From the NCBI GenBank assembly GCA_040954595.2, contig CM082588.2:9284844-9348843 (forward strand): a DNA stretch of 64,000 bases, given 5' to 3'. Positions 24,698 to 34,500 of the stretch are shown here, piece by piece. The DNA is from Balanoglossus misakiensis. Its lineage: Eukaryota > Animalia > Hemichordata. The number at the start of each line of letters is the position of its first letter. The stretch's first letter is position 1. The notes under the pieces were generated by a model. The model saw only the letters and a list, made by a program, of their open reading frames with translations. It did no database searches and had not been told where the DNA came from. Made by a program: the position numbers and the translations under genes.

Positions 24698-26266
24698 GTT
24701 AAGGGGTTTAAAGAATTATATAAACAATCTATCAATTTAATAAGCACGGGTGGATTTCCTGTACAATCATTCGTGATACTTCAGATTCATAAAGACAACA
24801 TTTTTCAAAGTGGCCTATGTATCTAAAATTGCAGACGACGTTTCAACGCTTTCGGTTGGAGATTTTCTACCTAATATTCACAAAAAGACCTCGGGTATTG
24901 TTAAACACTATTTAAAACCTTGTTACCCGGTGAGTCTGGTGGCGTGTGTACGACAGATCTGAGGTACAAAACTTCGCTCGAAACCCAACACGAGTTGGAG
25001 ACCGAGTTTATTTACGTACAACATTGTAGCAATTTTTCGTATGTTTGCGCGCGCTCTGGAATCACGCGATGTCAACTGAGTGTGAACGAGCTGTTTCGCG
25101 TCGTGTCGTCTGCCCAGTTTTCGTGGCTAAAACGACAGGAATAATACCCCAGTTGGCTTTAGAATTGCACATATCATGAGATTTGAGCGCCATAGAAACC
25201 GCAGATATCGTGGAACAGGAAGGTTAGTGTTAAAATTATTGTTTTTAATCAAAGTATTGACCTCTGAGTTATGCTACGTTTGTGTCGGTGTCAAACGGAC
25301 GCAATTTGTTTACACGGCAGCCAAATAGAATCGGAGAAATGAAGAAATGTTAGCACGATACTTTGGATTTCGTGTTATTATTTCTCGGGAATTTTATTGT
25401 TTTCTCAGACGAGGTGACAGGAAAGACACACGGGCGGTTCCGTTTTCAATGTTGAATTTTATGTTTTGGCTATATTTGCGTGTCAGCTGACAGGTCTTCG
25501 CATTCATCAGAAGCTATCGTGCGTCGCTGAGATTTGATTCTTCATAGACGAAAATTATTTCATAACCATACCAAATAAAACATTTCCAGAAATTTAGAAG
25601 TTTGCAGACTTTTCTGCTAGTTGTCTATTTAGTGTTGAAGTCACGCTGAACTGCCAAATTTAACACAGACTCGCTGTCAATACTCAAACAGTGTACTTCT
25701 ACGAGTGTGTCATGTAACTGCCTTCCTTCAATAACCCATGTCATACAACAACAAATAGACGGTAAACGTTTATGCAATACCAATGAATTTATGTTTTAAA
25801 ACTGGTCGACAGTCTGGAAATGCATGAACAATCGATTGATTGGATTCCTTAACGATACTATTGTATCTTGTATTTTTTTGTAGTTACACTGTGGAAATCG
25901 GCAGGCAGCATTGCCAGTTTTTCTGCACATGCGCAGTTCCTCTGTCTTGAAAGAAAAGTCAAATTTCACCAACTTATTATTGTGCATTCGGAAAATAAAC
26001 CCCAAATGTTTTCTTTGTGAACAAAAATACTGCCAGTTTGATTTTGTGTTCAAATCCAACCAATTATTATGTAAATTGACTTGTGATACCCTCTCTTAGC
26101 ACAAAAAGCATAATTTCAGCCCCAAAATGGTTGCCATAGAAACATGTGATCACTAAACGGATATCATTTTTGTTCTTATTGAGCCAAGATACCCCTATGG
26201 TGAAATTTTTGTGGAAATCGGACCTATTATTATTAAAATTATTATTTTTATATAATTCTTTATTTA

Positions 26267-26298
<32 letters not shown>

Positions 26299-26337
26299 AT
26301 TCTTTATTTAATTATTATTATTATTATTATTATTATT
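19700..26337 (+). repeat. Tandem array of four 1.58-1.64-kb units separated by (TAT)n tracts, inside MADF intron 2
   Basis: Equivalent positions at 20074, 21712, 23292 and 24920. (TAT)n of variable length at about 19820, 21425, 23055, 24655 and 26270. Confidence 0.95.
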
Positions 26338-26519
26338 GCATAACACAGCAAGCATAATACAGCATATCCATAAAATATATACATATACATCAGAATAAAT
26401 AATATCATGCAATGACCACAAATAAATACAGACTTGAATTCAATTATCAACAATACCACTGTTGATCATACAAAAGGGTTGTATTGTAAAGGCAAATCTC
26501 TAGTTTTAAATCTCTAAAT

Positions 26520-27335
26520 TTAAATTTTGCTAAGTTGCCAATCAACAGACCCTTCATTGCTGAAATAATCACACAGTCTATTTCTTACATTATTTGCTCC
26601 CTCTGTTCCCCTTGTGGGTGGATGTCTTTCTAGACAAACCATACCAGTGTTTTCATGTCTCCAAGCACCATCAAGGATGTCATGTGTCACGGGGTCAACA
26701 ATGTCTGTTGATCCTGGAGGTGTATAAACTGTGTTTGCAGTAGAATGGGACACCAGATAATTATGCAAAGCACAGCAGGCTAAAACAACACTTTGTACAG
26801 TGTCTGGGGGAAGATTGATTGCTGTCTGAAATATTCTAAAACGACTGGCCAGTATACCAAAAGCATTCTCAACAACTCTTCTGGCCCTGGAGAGTCTGTA
26901 ATTATACAATCTCTTCTCCAAGGAAAGTTGGCGGTATGGGTATGGTTTCATGAGGTACTCTTTTATGGGAAAAGCATCATCAGCCACTACCATGTATGGC
27001 AAGCATTCAGTTGTACCAGGTAGTGGTGCGGGCTTTGGTACTTTTAGGGCATTTGTTTCCAAAGCAGATGACAAAGAACAAGCTCTATACACACCCCCAT
27101 CACTAATCCGACCCTGACATCCAACATCTACATATGTAAATTTATAATGGGCATCAACAAGGCCCATTAGCACAATACTGAAAGTATGTTTGTAGTTGTA
27201 GTAAATACTCCCACTGTTTGCTGGCTTTCTGATTACAACATGCTTGCCATCTAGGGCACCAATGCAATTTGGAAAGTTCCATCTGTCTTCAAAGTCCTTT
27301 GCAATTTTGGCCCAATCTTCTGTTGTACTTGGAGT
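26520..27335 (-). CDS. Harbinger transposase, last exon (DDE_Tnp_4 / HARBI1-like catalytic domain; 421 aa in total)
   Basis: Acceptor tgtttcag|. WNFPNCIGALDGKH, YNYKHTFSIVLM, GRISDGG, VADDAFP, YNYRLSRARRVVENAFGILASRF, ACCALHN. Confidence 0.95.
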   Translation of the reverse strand, partial: TPSTTEDWAKIAKDFEDRWNFPNCIGALDGKHVVIRKPANSGSIYYNYKHTFSIVLMGLVDAHYKFTYVDVGCQGRISDGGVYRACSLSSALETNALKVPKPAPLPGTTECLPYMVVADDAFPIKEYLMKPYPYRQLSLEKRLYNYRLSRARRVVENAFGILASRFRIFQTAINLPPDTVQSVVLACCALHNYLVSHSTANTVYTPPGSTDIVDPVTHDILDGAWRHENTGMVCLERHPPTRGTEGANNVRNRLCDYFSNEGSVDWQLSKI

Positions 27336-27518
27336 CTGAAACAAACATGGGATGCATAATAAAGTCATGTTACATTACAGTCCTCTGACAGCATATTCAG
27401 TTCCTTGGTTTTTTAAATAACATTTTTTAAAGTGATGGTAAACTAACTGAATTAGCTGATTTTGAATGAAAATGTCCCTGAACCAGAAAATGTTACAAAT
27501 GTATTTTGTTTTTTTCAG

Positions 27519-27965
27519 TGTTCCCAAGATTCGGAGGATTCTATTTCAGAGGACCATGACGAAGTTGTTCAACATGTTGAACCTAGACCATCTCGCAAAA
27601 GGAAACAAGATGAAACAAGCTTTATGTTATCTAGCATGGCTGCGGCATGCAATAAAATAGCAAACAAAAACGAAACAACACGTTCTTCACCTTCGGATGA
27701 AGCTTTCGGCAACTATGTTGCTGGAGAGCTCGCAGCTTGTGAAAACGTAAAAGCCAAAGCTGTGGCAAAATTGAAGATATCAGAAATAATTACTAAAATG
27801 TGTTTGGGAGAATTTAATTTGCCAAGATTCGAACCATTTATATATCAAACACCACCTGCCACACAAACATACCCTTCTGGCCCAACCCCATACACCAGCA
27901 CCCCAGCCCACCATTCTCCTGAATGCTCATACACTCCCACCCATCATCCTTTGGTAGATTTTTAG
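27519..27965 (+). CDS. Harbinger MADF protein, last exon (about 259 aa in total)
   Basis: Acceptor ttttttcag|, phase 0. Contains RKRK and a BESS-like C-terminal motif DEAFGNYVAGEL......KAVAKLKISEII typical of MADF partners. Confidence 0.8.
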   Translation, partial: CSQDSEDSISEDHDEVVQHVEPRPSRKRKQDETSFMLSSMAAACNKIANKNETTRSSPSDEAFGNYVAGELAACENVKAKAVAKLKISEIITKMCLGEFNLPRFEPFIYQTPPATQTYPSGPTPYTSTPAHHSPECSYTPTHHPLVDF

Positions 27966-28218
27966 GTCCCATTGGTATAGGCATATATACCATGGGACCT
28001 TATGGGATCGATTGCATCTGTATGTATGTATGTATGTATGTATGTATGTATGTATGTATGTATGTATGTCCGTCCACATCAAAAACTTGAAAACCGCTGT
28101 ATGTATCACCTTGTTATTTGGTGTGCAGATGCAGGCTTGACTGTAGATGGGAGTTTGTTGTCATTGCCAAAATGAAAAATGTGAATTTGGTCAAAACTCA
28201 GTACCTCAAGAACTACTA

Positions 28219-30988
28219 TTATTAGGGGACCAAGCGCCCTCAGGCGCTTGGTCCCCTTCTGTTATTGCTGGAGTTTTTCTTCTTTCTTCTTGAGTCGTTT
28301 TTTTGCTCCCGTTTTTCTCTGAAATTCCGGCACCTGCGCCTATGAAGTTTGGCACGATGATTGGGGCCCATGAGTACTAGTGCACCTGCCCTTTGAATTT
28401 GTAATTAGTCACGTGACTTGGTGGCTATAATCGAGCGAAATTTTCAAATTGACCTAATTTGCACGTTAATGGGGGAATGTACATTCTTTTCGCGATTTTT
28501 GTAGACCATGTGGCCAAAATCCCCTGTGCCAAATTTCAAGGTCCTAGGCCACGTCGATTTTGAGAAGAAGATTTTTGTAATATTTTTCGCATTTTTGGTG
28601 GGCTGAGGACGGACACTGGGGCATCGGACTTTGACCATCATTACGTAATGTTGTGGAGATCTCATTAGCTACTCACTTCTGGCGGGTTGCAGTAGTCCTT
28701 GGAAAATCGGCTGAAATACGTAAACAGACCAGTGATTATTTTCCACGGAATGAATTTTGGGATAACACATTATCGGAGTTCAGGCTGTGTTAGGGCGTTT
28801 TATTGAATTACGCTGAGTTTGTTAGCTGTTGCCGTTCAAATGTTTCTATCTAGACCCGGCTACACTGGTTAACATTCAATGTAATGCGGCAGCGGACTTT
28901 GACCCTCAGTCGCTAATGTGGCCGAAATACGTCAGCAGACCAATGATTTTCTTGCACGAAGGGAGTATGGTACCAGCAATAATCAGAGATCAGGCTTCTT
29001 TGCCGTTCAGTTCCTACTTCAGTCGTGACGTTGCAACTGAACGTTCAGTATGGGGGTTGGCCCGCAGTTGGCCCGTAATGGCACGCAGCTTCATGCAGCT
29101 GTACGGGACGAAAATAATACGCCCGATTCGGGGGGTCAGTCACCTGTGACACCTGCGTAATTCAATTATGTGCATGTGTAATTGTGGGGTCAATGAAAGG
29201 GATGCTAGTGTGGTATTTGTTGCAAATGGATCAATATGAAGTCCGATTTTCCTGTCAAGTTAGGCTGCATTCACAAAATCCTCAGGAGGGGGGGGGGGCA
29301 GGAGAATTGAGGAGGGGATTTGAAAAAATTGAGGGTATGTAAGGGGGGGGGATTTGAACTAATTTAGGGACTGAAAGGGGGGGGGGACTTGAAAACTTTG
29401 ACGACTAAATATTTATTTTGAGTCCCCAAAAATGCAGTTTCGCGCCCTTTATTTTACAAAATTTTCTAATGTGGGAGGGGGACACCCCCTCCCACACCCA
29501 CCCCCTTCATTCATCGACACCTTTCAATCATTGACTGGTTTATCTAGTGTCCCAGGTCAGGGGACTTGCCCCACCCCATGATAACTTTGAGCGGCGACGG
29601 TTAAATTTGTCCTCCCCAACATACCGGTAGTTGAGTTAATTTGCCTTTGCCGGGTTCATTAAAATGCAGCTTTGAGCTCTGTATTTTATAAAATTTTCTT
29701 ACGTGCACCCCCTCCCAAACCCACCCCCTTCAATTTTGGTTTACAATGACTCCCAACACAGGATACAAATACTTAAAAAATGGGAGCGCTGTTTTTCTTT
29801 TTTTACGAGATAGATACTAGGTGATCTGTTTTGCTCTGTGAAAGAAAATGGGGAGGGGGGGATTTCAAAATTTTGGCAGTTCGGAAGGGGGGGATTTGAA
29901 ATTTTTCGGGTTGTGTACGGGGGGCATGTGAAAATTAGCGGTAAAAAAAAATTGAATTCTCCCGCCCCCCCCCCCCCCCCCCCCCTCAAGAGGTGTTTGT
30001 GAATGCAGCCTTATGGGCGATCTTATGTGACATTTCACCTACTTTTGCTTAGTGAGCATCCACAGCAGATGCATGCAGCTTTGGCGTGGGGGGGGGGGGG
30101 GGGGCATATACGGATGGGACCATAAAGATATACCAAAGGCGGGGTCACCTGTTGCACCTGCCTAAGTCATTGATTTTGTACATTTAATTGGACACTAACC
30201 AACAGGGCAATAGGTGTGGTTTTTGTTCCACAGGGACGAATGTAAGTGTCAGTTTGTTTTTGCCCAAATGTATAAGTTGATTTGGATGACCTCTGTCGTA
30301 CAGTGCCATATCTCAGCCCGTTGTACAAGTGCAGCTTTGGTATTCGGAGCGAAACTATCATGAAATGCCAAATACAGGGGGATACCTGCGACACCTGCTT
30401 GATTCATGTATTACGTGCATACCTAATGGTAGGCAAAGTGAAAGGGCTGCAAATGTAGGATTTGTTGCACATGACATAAACAGGAATGAACATTTTTTGT
30501 CAAATTTTTGGGTGACATCAGGTGTCCATTGACCTGCTTTCCATATGTTAGCATGCACATCATATATAGCCAGGTGTTTGGAGGGGTAGGGTAGGACCCT
30601 CTGCGTCATGAAATGCTCAATTCCTGGAGCCACCTGTAACTTACTTGCCTAACTCATTATTATGGCCATACCTAATTTGACAAACCCAAAGGGCGAGGAT
30701 TTTCCATTGTCTTGAATAAGAACCAAATAAGAATCCTAATTTTTGGCCCAATTTTTGGATACCCTCAGCTGACCTTTGAAGTAACTGAAGTACTTACAAC
30801 GTAGAAGTTCACCTTTGGTTGTTGTGTTTGTATTTGTAAGACATCCATTTCGGGTGGTTGCCTACTTCCCCATATCTCCACATCCAGAGCAAATACAGCC
30901 TACGCATTTGAATGGTACAACCCTGAATGGAGTCTAATGGTTATTAACTCTATGCTTGGGCCCCTTCAACGCTGCTTGCAGCTTTAAT
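28219..30988 (+). mobile_element. Second HINE-like element nested in the first
   Basis: 5' hairpin GGGGACCAAGCGCC-CTCA-GGCGCTTGGTCCCC. 3' GCTTGGGCCCC subterminal IR plus hairpin GCTGC-TT-GCAGC. A related 5' end occurs at about 42350-42405. Confidence 0.65.
29263..30010. mobile_element. Tourist/Harbinger-like MITE
   Basis: TIR GGCTGCATTCACAAA / TTTGTGAATGCAGCC, TTA TSD, poly-G/C subterminal tracts. Confidence 0.85.
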
Positions 30989-31828
30989 TATTATTATTAT
31001 TACTGGTCAGATTGCTTTGCAAATTGGTGTGTATTTATTTTATTGAGTTGTTTTAATTAGGCAGGAAGCCCCTTCCTGAGGCAGTGAATTATATACAAAT
31101 TCCTGAAAGATTACATAACTGGCTTGTTCTATTTAGTGTATGTACAGTACATATGCCATTGGCAGCTAATGGGTCAGTCAGTGCTTGCCCATTGATCTCT
31201 CGCTAAGAGTGTGTGTGTGTGTGTGTGTGTGTGTCTGTCTGTATATGGCCATGTACTCTGGTGTAGACTTTTTCTTGTATAATCCCTCAATGGGACCACC
31301 GTGTCCTTGACGCGATTTTTAAAAACATGTTAAAGAATTCTATAATGATTTTCTCTTTAAGCAATATTTTAGTTGTTTGCGCAGGTTTCTGCCCAGAGTG
31401 TAAAAAGTTAAATTTTATTTCCAGTGTTTTTTAAACAAAGTTGTAGTGTAATGCTGAGAGGATATTTTAGTACATAAGATATATTTATTAAATTTGGGAC
31501 TGAAATTTTCGTGTGTTTACAATACTGTTGGTTGCTATAGCTTGTTGACCCCCCATTTTTATTCCACAGATCAAATATTTAGAAGTCATAGTATCATCAG
31601 TATTAATGAATACATAAACAACAAGGAAGGTAAGAGTTAGATTTTAAGAAAAAAACATTTCAATAATCACATCCATTGTAACATGCAACTTATTGTTGTT
31701 GTTGTCTCCATATTTGGAGTGTGTTAGCATTCTATGTAATATTTTATTGATATGTATACTAAGATTTTCTGTTTTAAAGTCCAAATGACTTAAAAAATGA
31801 AATAAACATGGAAAAAATTTATAGTTAC

Positions 31829-31944
31829 CTTGAGATAGCTGTCTTTAAGAGCCTCGAAGATTGCTTCACATGTTTCTGGGATTATTTTCCGAATTGTTGA
31901 AACAGACATCCGAAATCCATACTGTAGACATTGGTATGATTGTC
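31829..31944 (-). CDS. Harbinger transposase, coding exon 3
   Basis: Acceptor tctccatag|. GQSYQCLQYGFRMSVSTIRKIIPETCEAIFEALKDSYLK. Donor AAG|gtaact, phase 0. Confidence 0.9.
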
Positions 31945-32027
31945 CTATGGAGAAACAATACAAAACAATTAAATGCATTTGTATACAAACATCTACAGAT
32001 CATATATATATATATATATATATATAT

Positions 32028-32204
32028 CTGTCTTGAAAATTGAAGAAAGTACTCTGATTTTTAACATGGTTGAACACCATGCAATGCACCCTGTGAGTGC
32101 TTCAGTGCATATACAGACTTATAATTGATACAGGATGGCATGCCAATTATAGTAAATGTCTATTTTACAGAAAATATAGGGTACTTTCTCCATTTTCATT
32201 ACAG
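32028..32204. mobile_element. Small TIR element inserted in a (TA)n tract of transposase intron 2
   Basis: CTGTCTTGAAAATTGAAGAAAGTACTCT versus reverse complement of the right end CTGTAATGAAAATGGAGAAAGTACCCT; (TA)n on both sides. Confidence 0.65.
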
Positions 32205-32310
32205 ATATATATATATATATATATATATATAGTAGAGGACTCTACTATCAAGCTCTGGATTTACACCATCGAGCACTCTGCCAGCAGAACTTGCAACGAA
32301 CTCCCAAATC

Positions 32311-32341
<31 letters not shown>

Positions 32342-32416
32342 TATATATATATATATACACGCGCACACACACACACTCACATGTGTAATGATAAAAGCTG
32401 TAGCACATTTGTATAC

Positions 32417-32658
32417 CTGTTGCCAAAAACCGGAGGGTTACAGCCAACCGTTCCCCTGGAGATATTGATGACCTCATGACTGTGTCCTGTTTCTGGATTC
32501 TGTCTTCTATTAGGGTTAGCAAATCTGAAAACCCTGTGTAATTGACCCTCAAAAAATTCTTGTAGCATCTTGGGTCCTCTAATCTTAACTCTTGAATGAG
32601 AGTGTGATACCATCCCAGTTGTGGTCTCCGTAACAGCCAAGGCCTACACCAAAGTTTT
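32417..32658 (-). CDS. Harbinger transposase, coding exon 2
   Basis: Acceptor tttacag|. RKLWCRPWLLRR..G.YHTLIQEL...YKNFLR...FSDLL...KQDTVMRSSISPGERLAVTLRFLATG is the canonical Harbinger N-terminus. Phase 1 donor. Confidence 0.92.
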
Positions 32659-32824
32659 CTGTAAATATGTGAATTGTACATGTCAACAGTTCCATAAATA
32701 AAATTTTAAAAATCTTGGTAATTCAGGAAGTTATATGTTGAGACACATGCATACAAAAACTGGATTTACAAAGCTATTAAGTAAAATATCACATTCATTT
32801 TACTCATAATTATAAATTATTCAC

Positions 32825-32916
32825 CTTTTCCTTTTCTTTTTCTTATTTCTCTCTTGGAATAAGTAGGCAGTTGCAGTTGCCAGAATTACCAGAAAATCTT
32901 CCTGTATGTCATTCAT
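32825..32916 (-). CDS. Harbinger transposase, coding exon 1
   Basis: MNDIQEDFLVILATATAYLFQERNKKKKRK(R). Donor AG|gtgaat, phase 2, matching the next exon. Confidence 0.75.
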
Positions 32917-33545
32917 CTTCGTGAAGTGTCGTAAAAATAAACACACAACGTTATTATATGACATGATCTTAAAATTAAAAAACAAACAAAACAACCATGT
33001 ACTTGTATCTATAACATTTGGTCATTTAATGCTTTGACAACAATTGTAGTGCATAAGCTTTATATAATTATTTAATTCTCAAAAAATACGGATAACATTA
33101 TAAACATTGTGGCGTCATCCCTTCTCAGCTTGAGCGTTCTCTGGTGTCATTGCTACAAGCGGTAGGTACGGTACAATCACACGTAAAGTAGCATAAAAAA
33201 AACTAAGTGTAAGCACATTGCACAGAGTGTATGCATTGCCGGCCATATACACATGCGTACGTACTGTAGAGTGTTGAATTTCGACAGTACGTGAACTGCA
33301 AAGTACATATTAAAGCAATGATTGAGCTTGCAACGGTATTTTGCAAATAATCCCTGCACACAGATCCTAAAATCAACAATAGATAAGAAGGAATCAAAAA
33401 AATATTGAGCGACAGGGCGAAACTTACCTTTCCTATTGTTTACATACGATGATAGGGCTTCTGCACATGCGCAGTCCTGTTCACGCGCTGCGAGTTGCCA
33501 GTTGAGTCGCCCCGTGTAACCGTTCGCAGTAGCGACGCGACTGGC

Positions 33546-33603
33546 GTTGCGCGTCGAGTTGCCTACCGAGTTGCCTGCCGAGTTGCCTCGTGTAACTCGG
33601 CCT
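33546..33603 (-). repeat. Right TIR of the Harbinger element
   Basis: Exact reverse complement of 17817-17874. Confidence 0.95.
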
Positions 33604-34201
33604 TACCGGAAAACTTTCTTATTCGCTCGGGCCTGTGTGTTCTACGCATCACAACGGAATATGCAAATAAGGAGACGGTGACTGGAAGCAACCATCGATA
33701 TTTTAGAACAAACAGTCGATCTACAGAGTCTACCGGAAAACTTTCTTATTCGCTCGGGCCTGTGTGTTCTACGCATCACAACGGAATATGCAAATAAGGA
33801 GACGGTGACTGGAAGCAACCATGGATATTTTAGAACAAACAGTCAATCTACAGAGTCTACCGGAAAACTTTCTTATTCGCTCGGGCCTGTGTGTTCTACG
33901 CATCACAACGGAATATGCAAATAAGGAGACGGTGACTGGAAGCAACCATCGATATTTTAGAACAAACAGTCGATCTACAGAGTCTACCGGAAAACTTTCT
34001 TATTCCCTCGGGCCTGTGTGTTCTACGCATCACAACGGAATATGCAAATAAGGAGACGGTGACTGGAAGCAACCATGGATATTTTAGAACAAACAGTCGA
34101 TCAACAGAGTCCACCGGAAAACTTTCTTATTCGCTCGGGCCTGTGTGTTCTACGCATCACAACGGAATATGCAAATAAGGAGACGGTGTTTGGAAGCAAC
34201 C
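33604..34201 (+). repeat. 127-bp satellite, segment 5 (end of array)
   Basis: Same monomer, about 4.7 copies. Confidence 0.97.
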
Positions 34202-34329
34202 AAATTGAAAGATTGTGGTTACATTACGTTTTTTCAAGTAGACTTGACACCAAATCTTCTCTGTCACCGGAACTCTACCTTTTGAGTCCTTTAAATAACT
34301 CTCTTTCTTTCTTCCGTATGGTATCAATA

Positions 34330-34500
34330 AAACAAGAAAGACAAAAGAAACTTTCACGAGAGAATAGATTTTGTATTTGCAATGATGGCAGTACCGAAAA
34401 CGAGAACCATTTCCTTTTGCAAAGTAAATTTAATAACGTTTTAAATTATCTCCCACCCCGGTACTCCACAAACCCGAATCTAGATAAATTTGGAATTGTG
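34330..34500 (+). pseudogene. Remnant of a LINE ORF2 C-terminus
   Basis: KLSRENRFCICNDGSTENENHFLL resembles the R..R.C..C....E.E.HFL..C tail of CR1/L2-type ORF2. Confidence 0.45.

Larger units (their letters stand above)
27960..31320 (+). mobile_element. Helentron-associated (HINE/DINE-1-like) non-autonomous element, interrupted by nested insertions
   Basis: T-run start, hairpin GGTCCCATTGGTATA...TATACCATGGGACC, then (TATG)n. The 3' end has AATGGGACC (subterminal IR), a short hairpin CGTGTC-CTT-GACGCG and a T-run. Confidence 0.6.
17817..33603. mobile_element. Autonomous-type PIF/Harbinger DNA transposon, 15.8 kb
   Basis: Perfect 58-bp TIRs and 3-bp TAC TSD (17814-17816, 33604-33606); the satellite continues in register. 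Encodes a DDE transposase (-) and a MADF protein (+). Confidence 0.96.

Noticed and set aside
20074-26343. Repeated short ORFs and poly-Tyr/poly-Asn ORFs in the 1.6-kb units
   Set aside because: Indels between units break the frames, and the homopolymer peptides come from (TAT)n.
26520-27368. Host HARBI1 gene
   Set aside because: It lies between perfect TIRs with a TSD and has a MADF partner, so it is a transposon gene. The ORF-track Met at 27368 is intronic.
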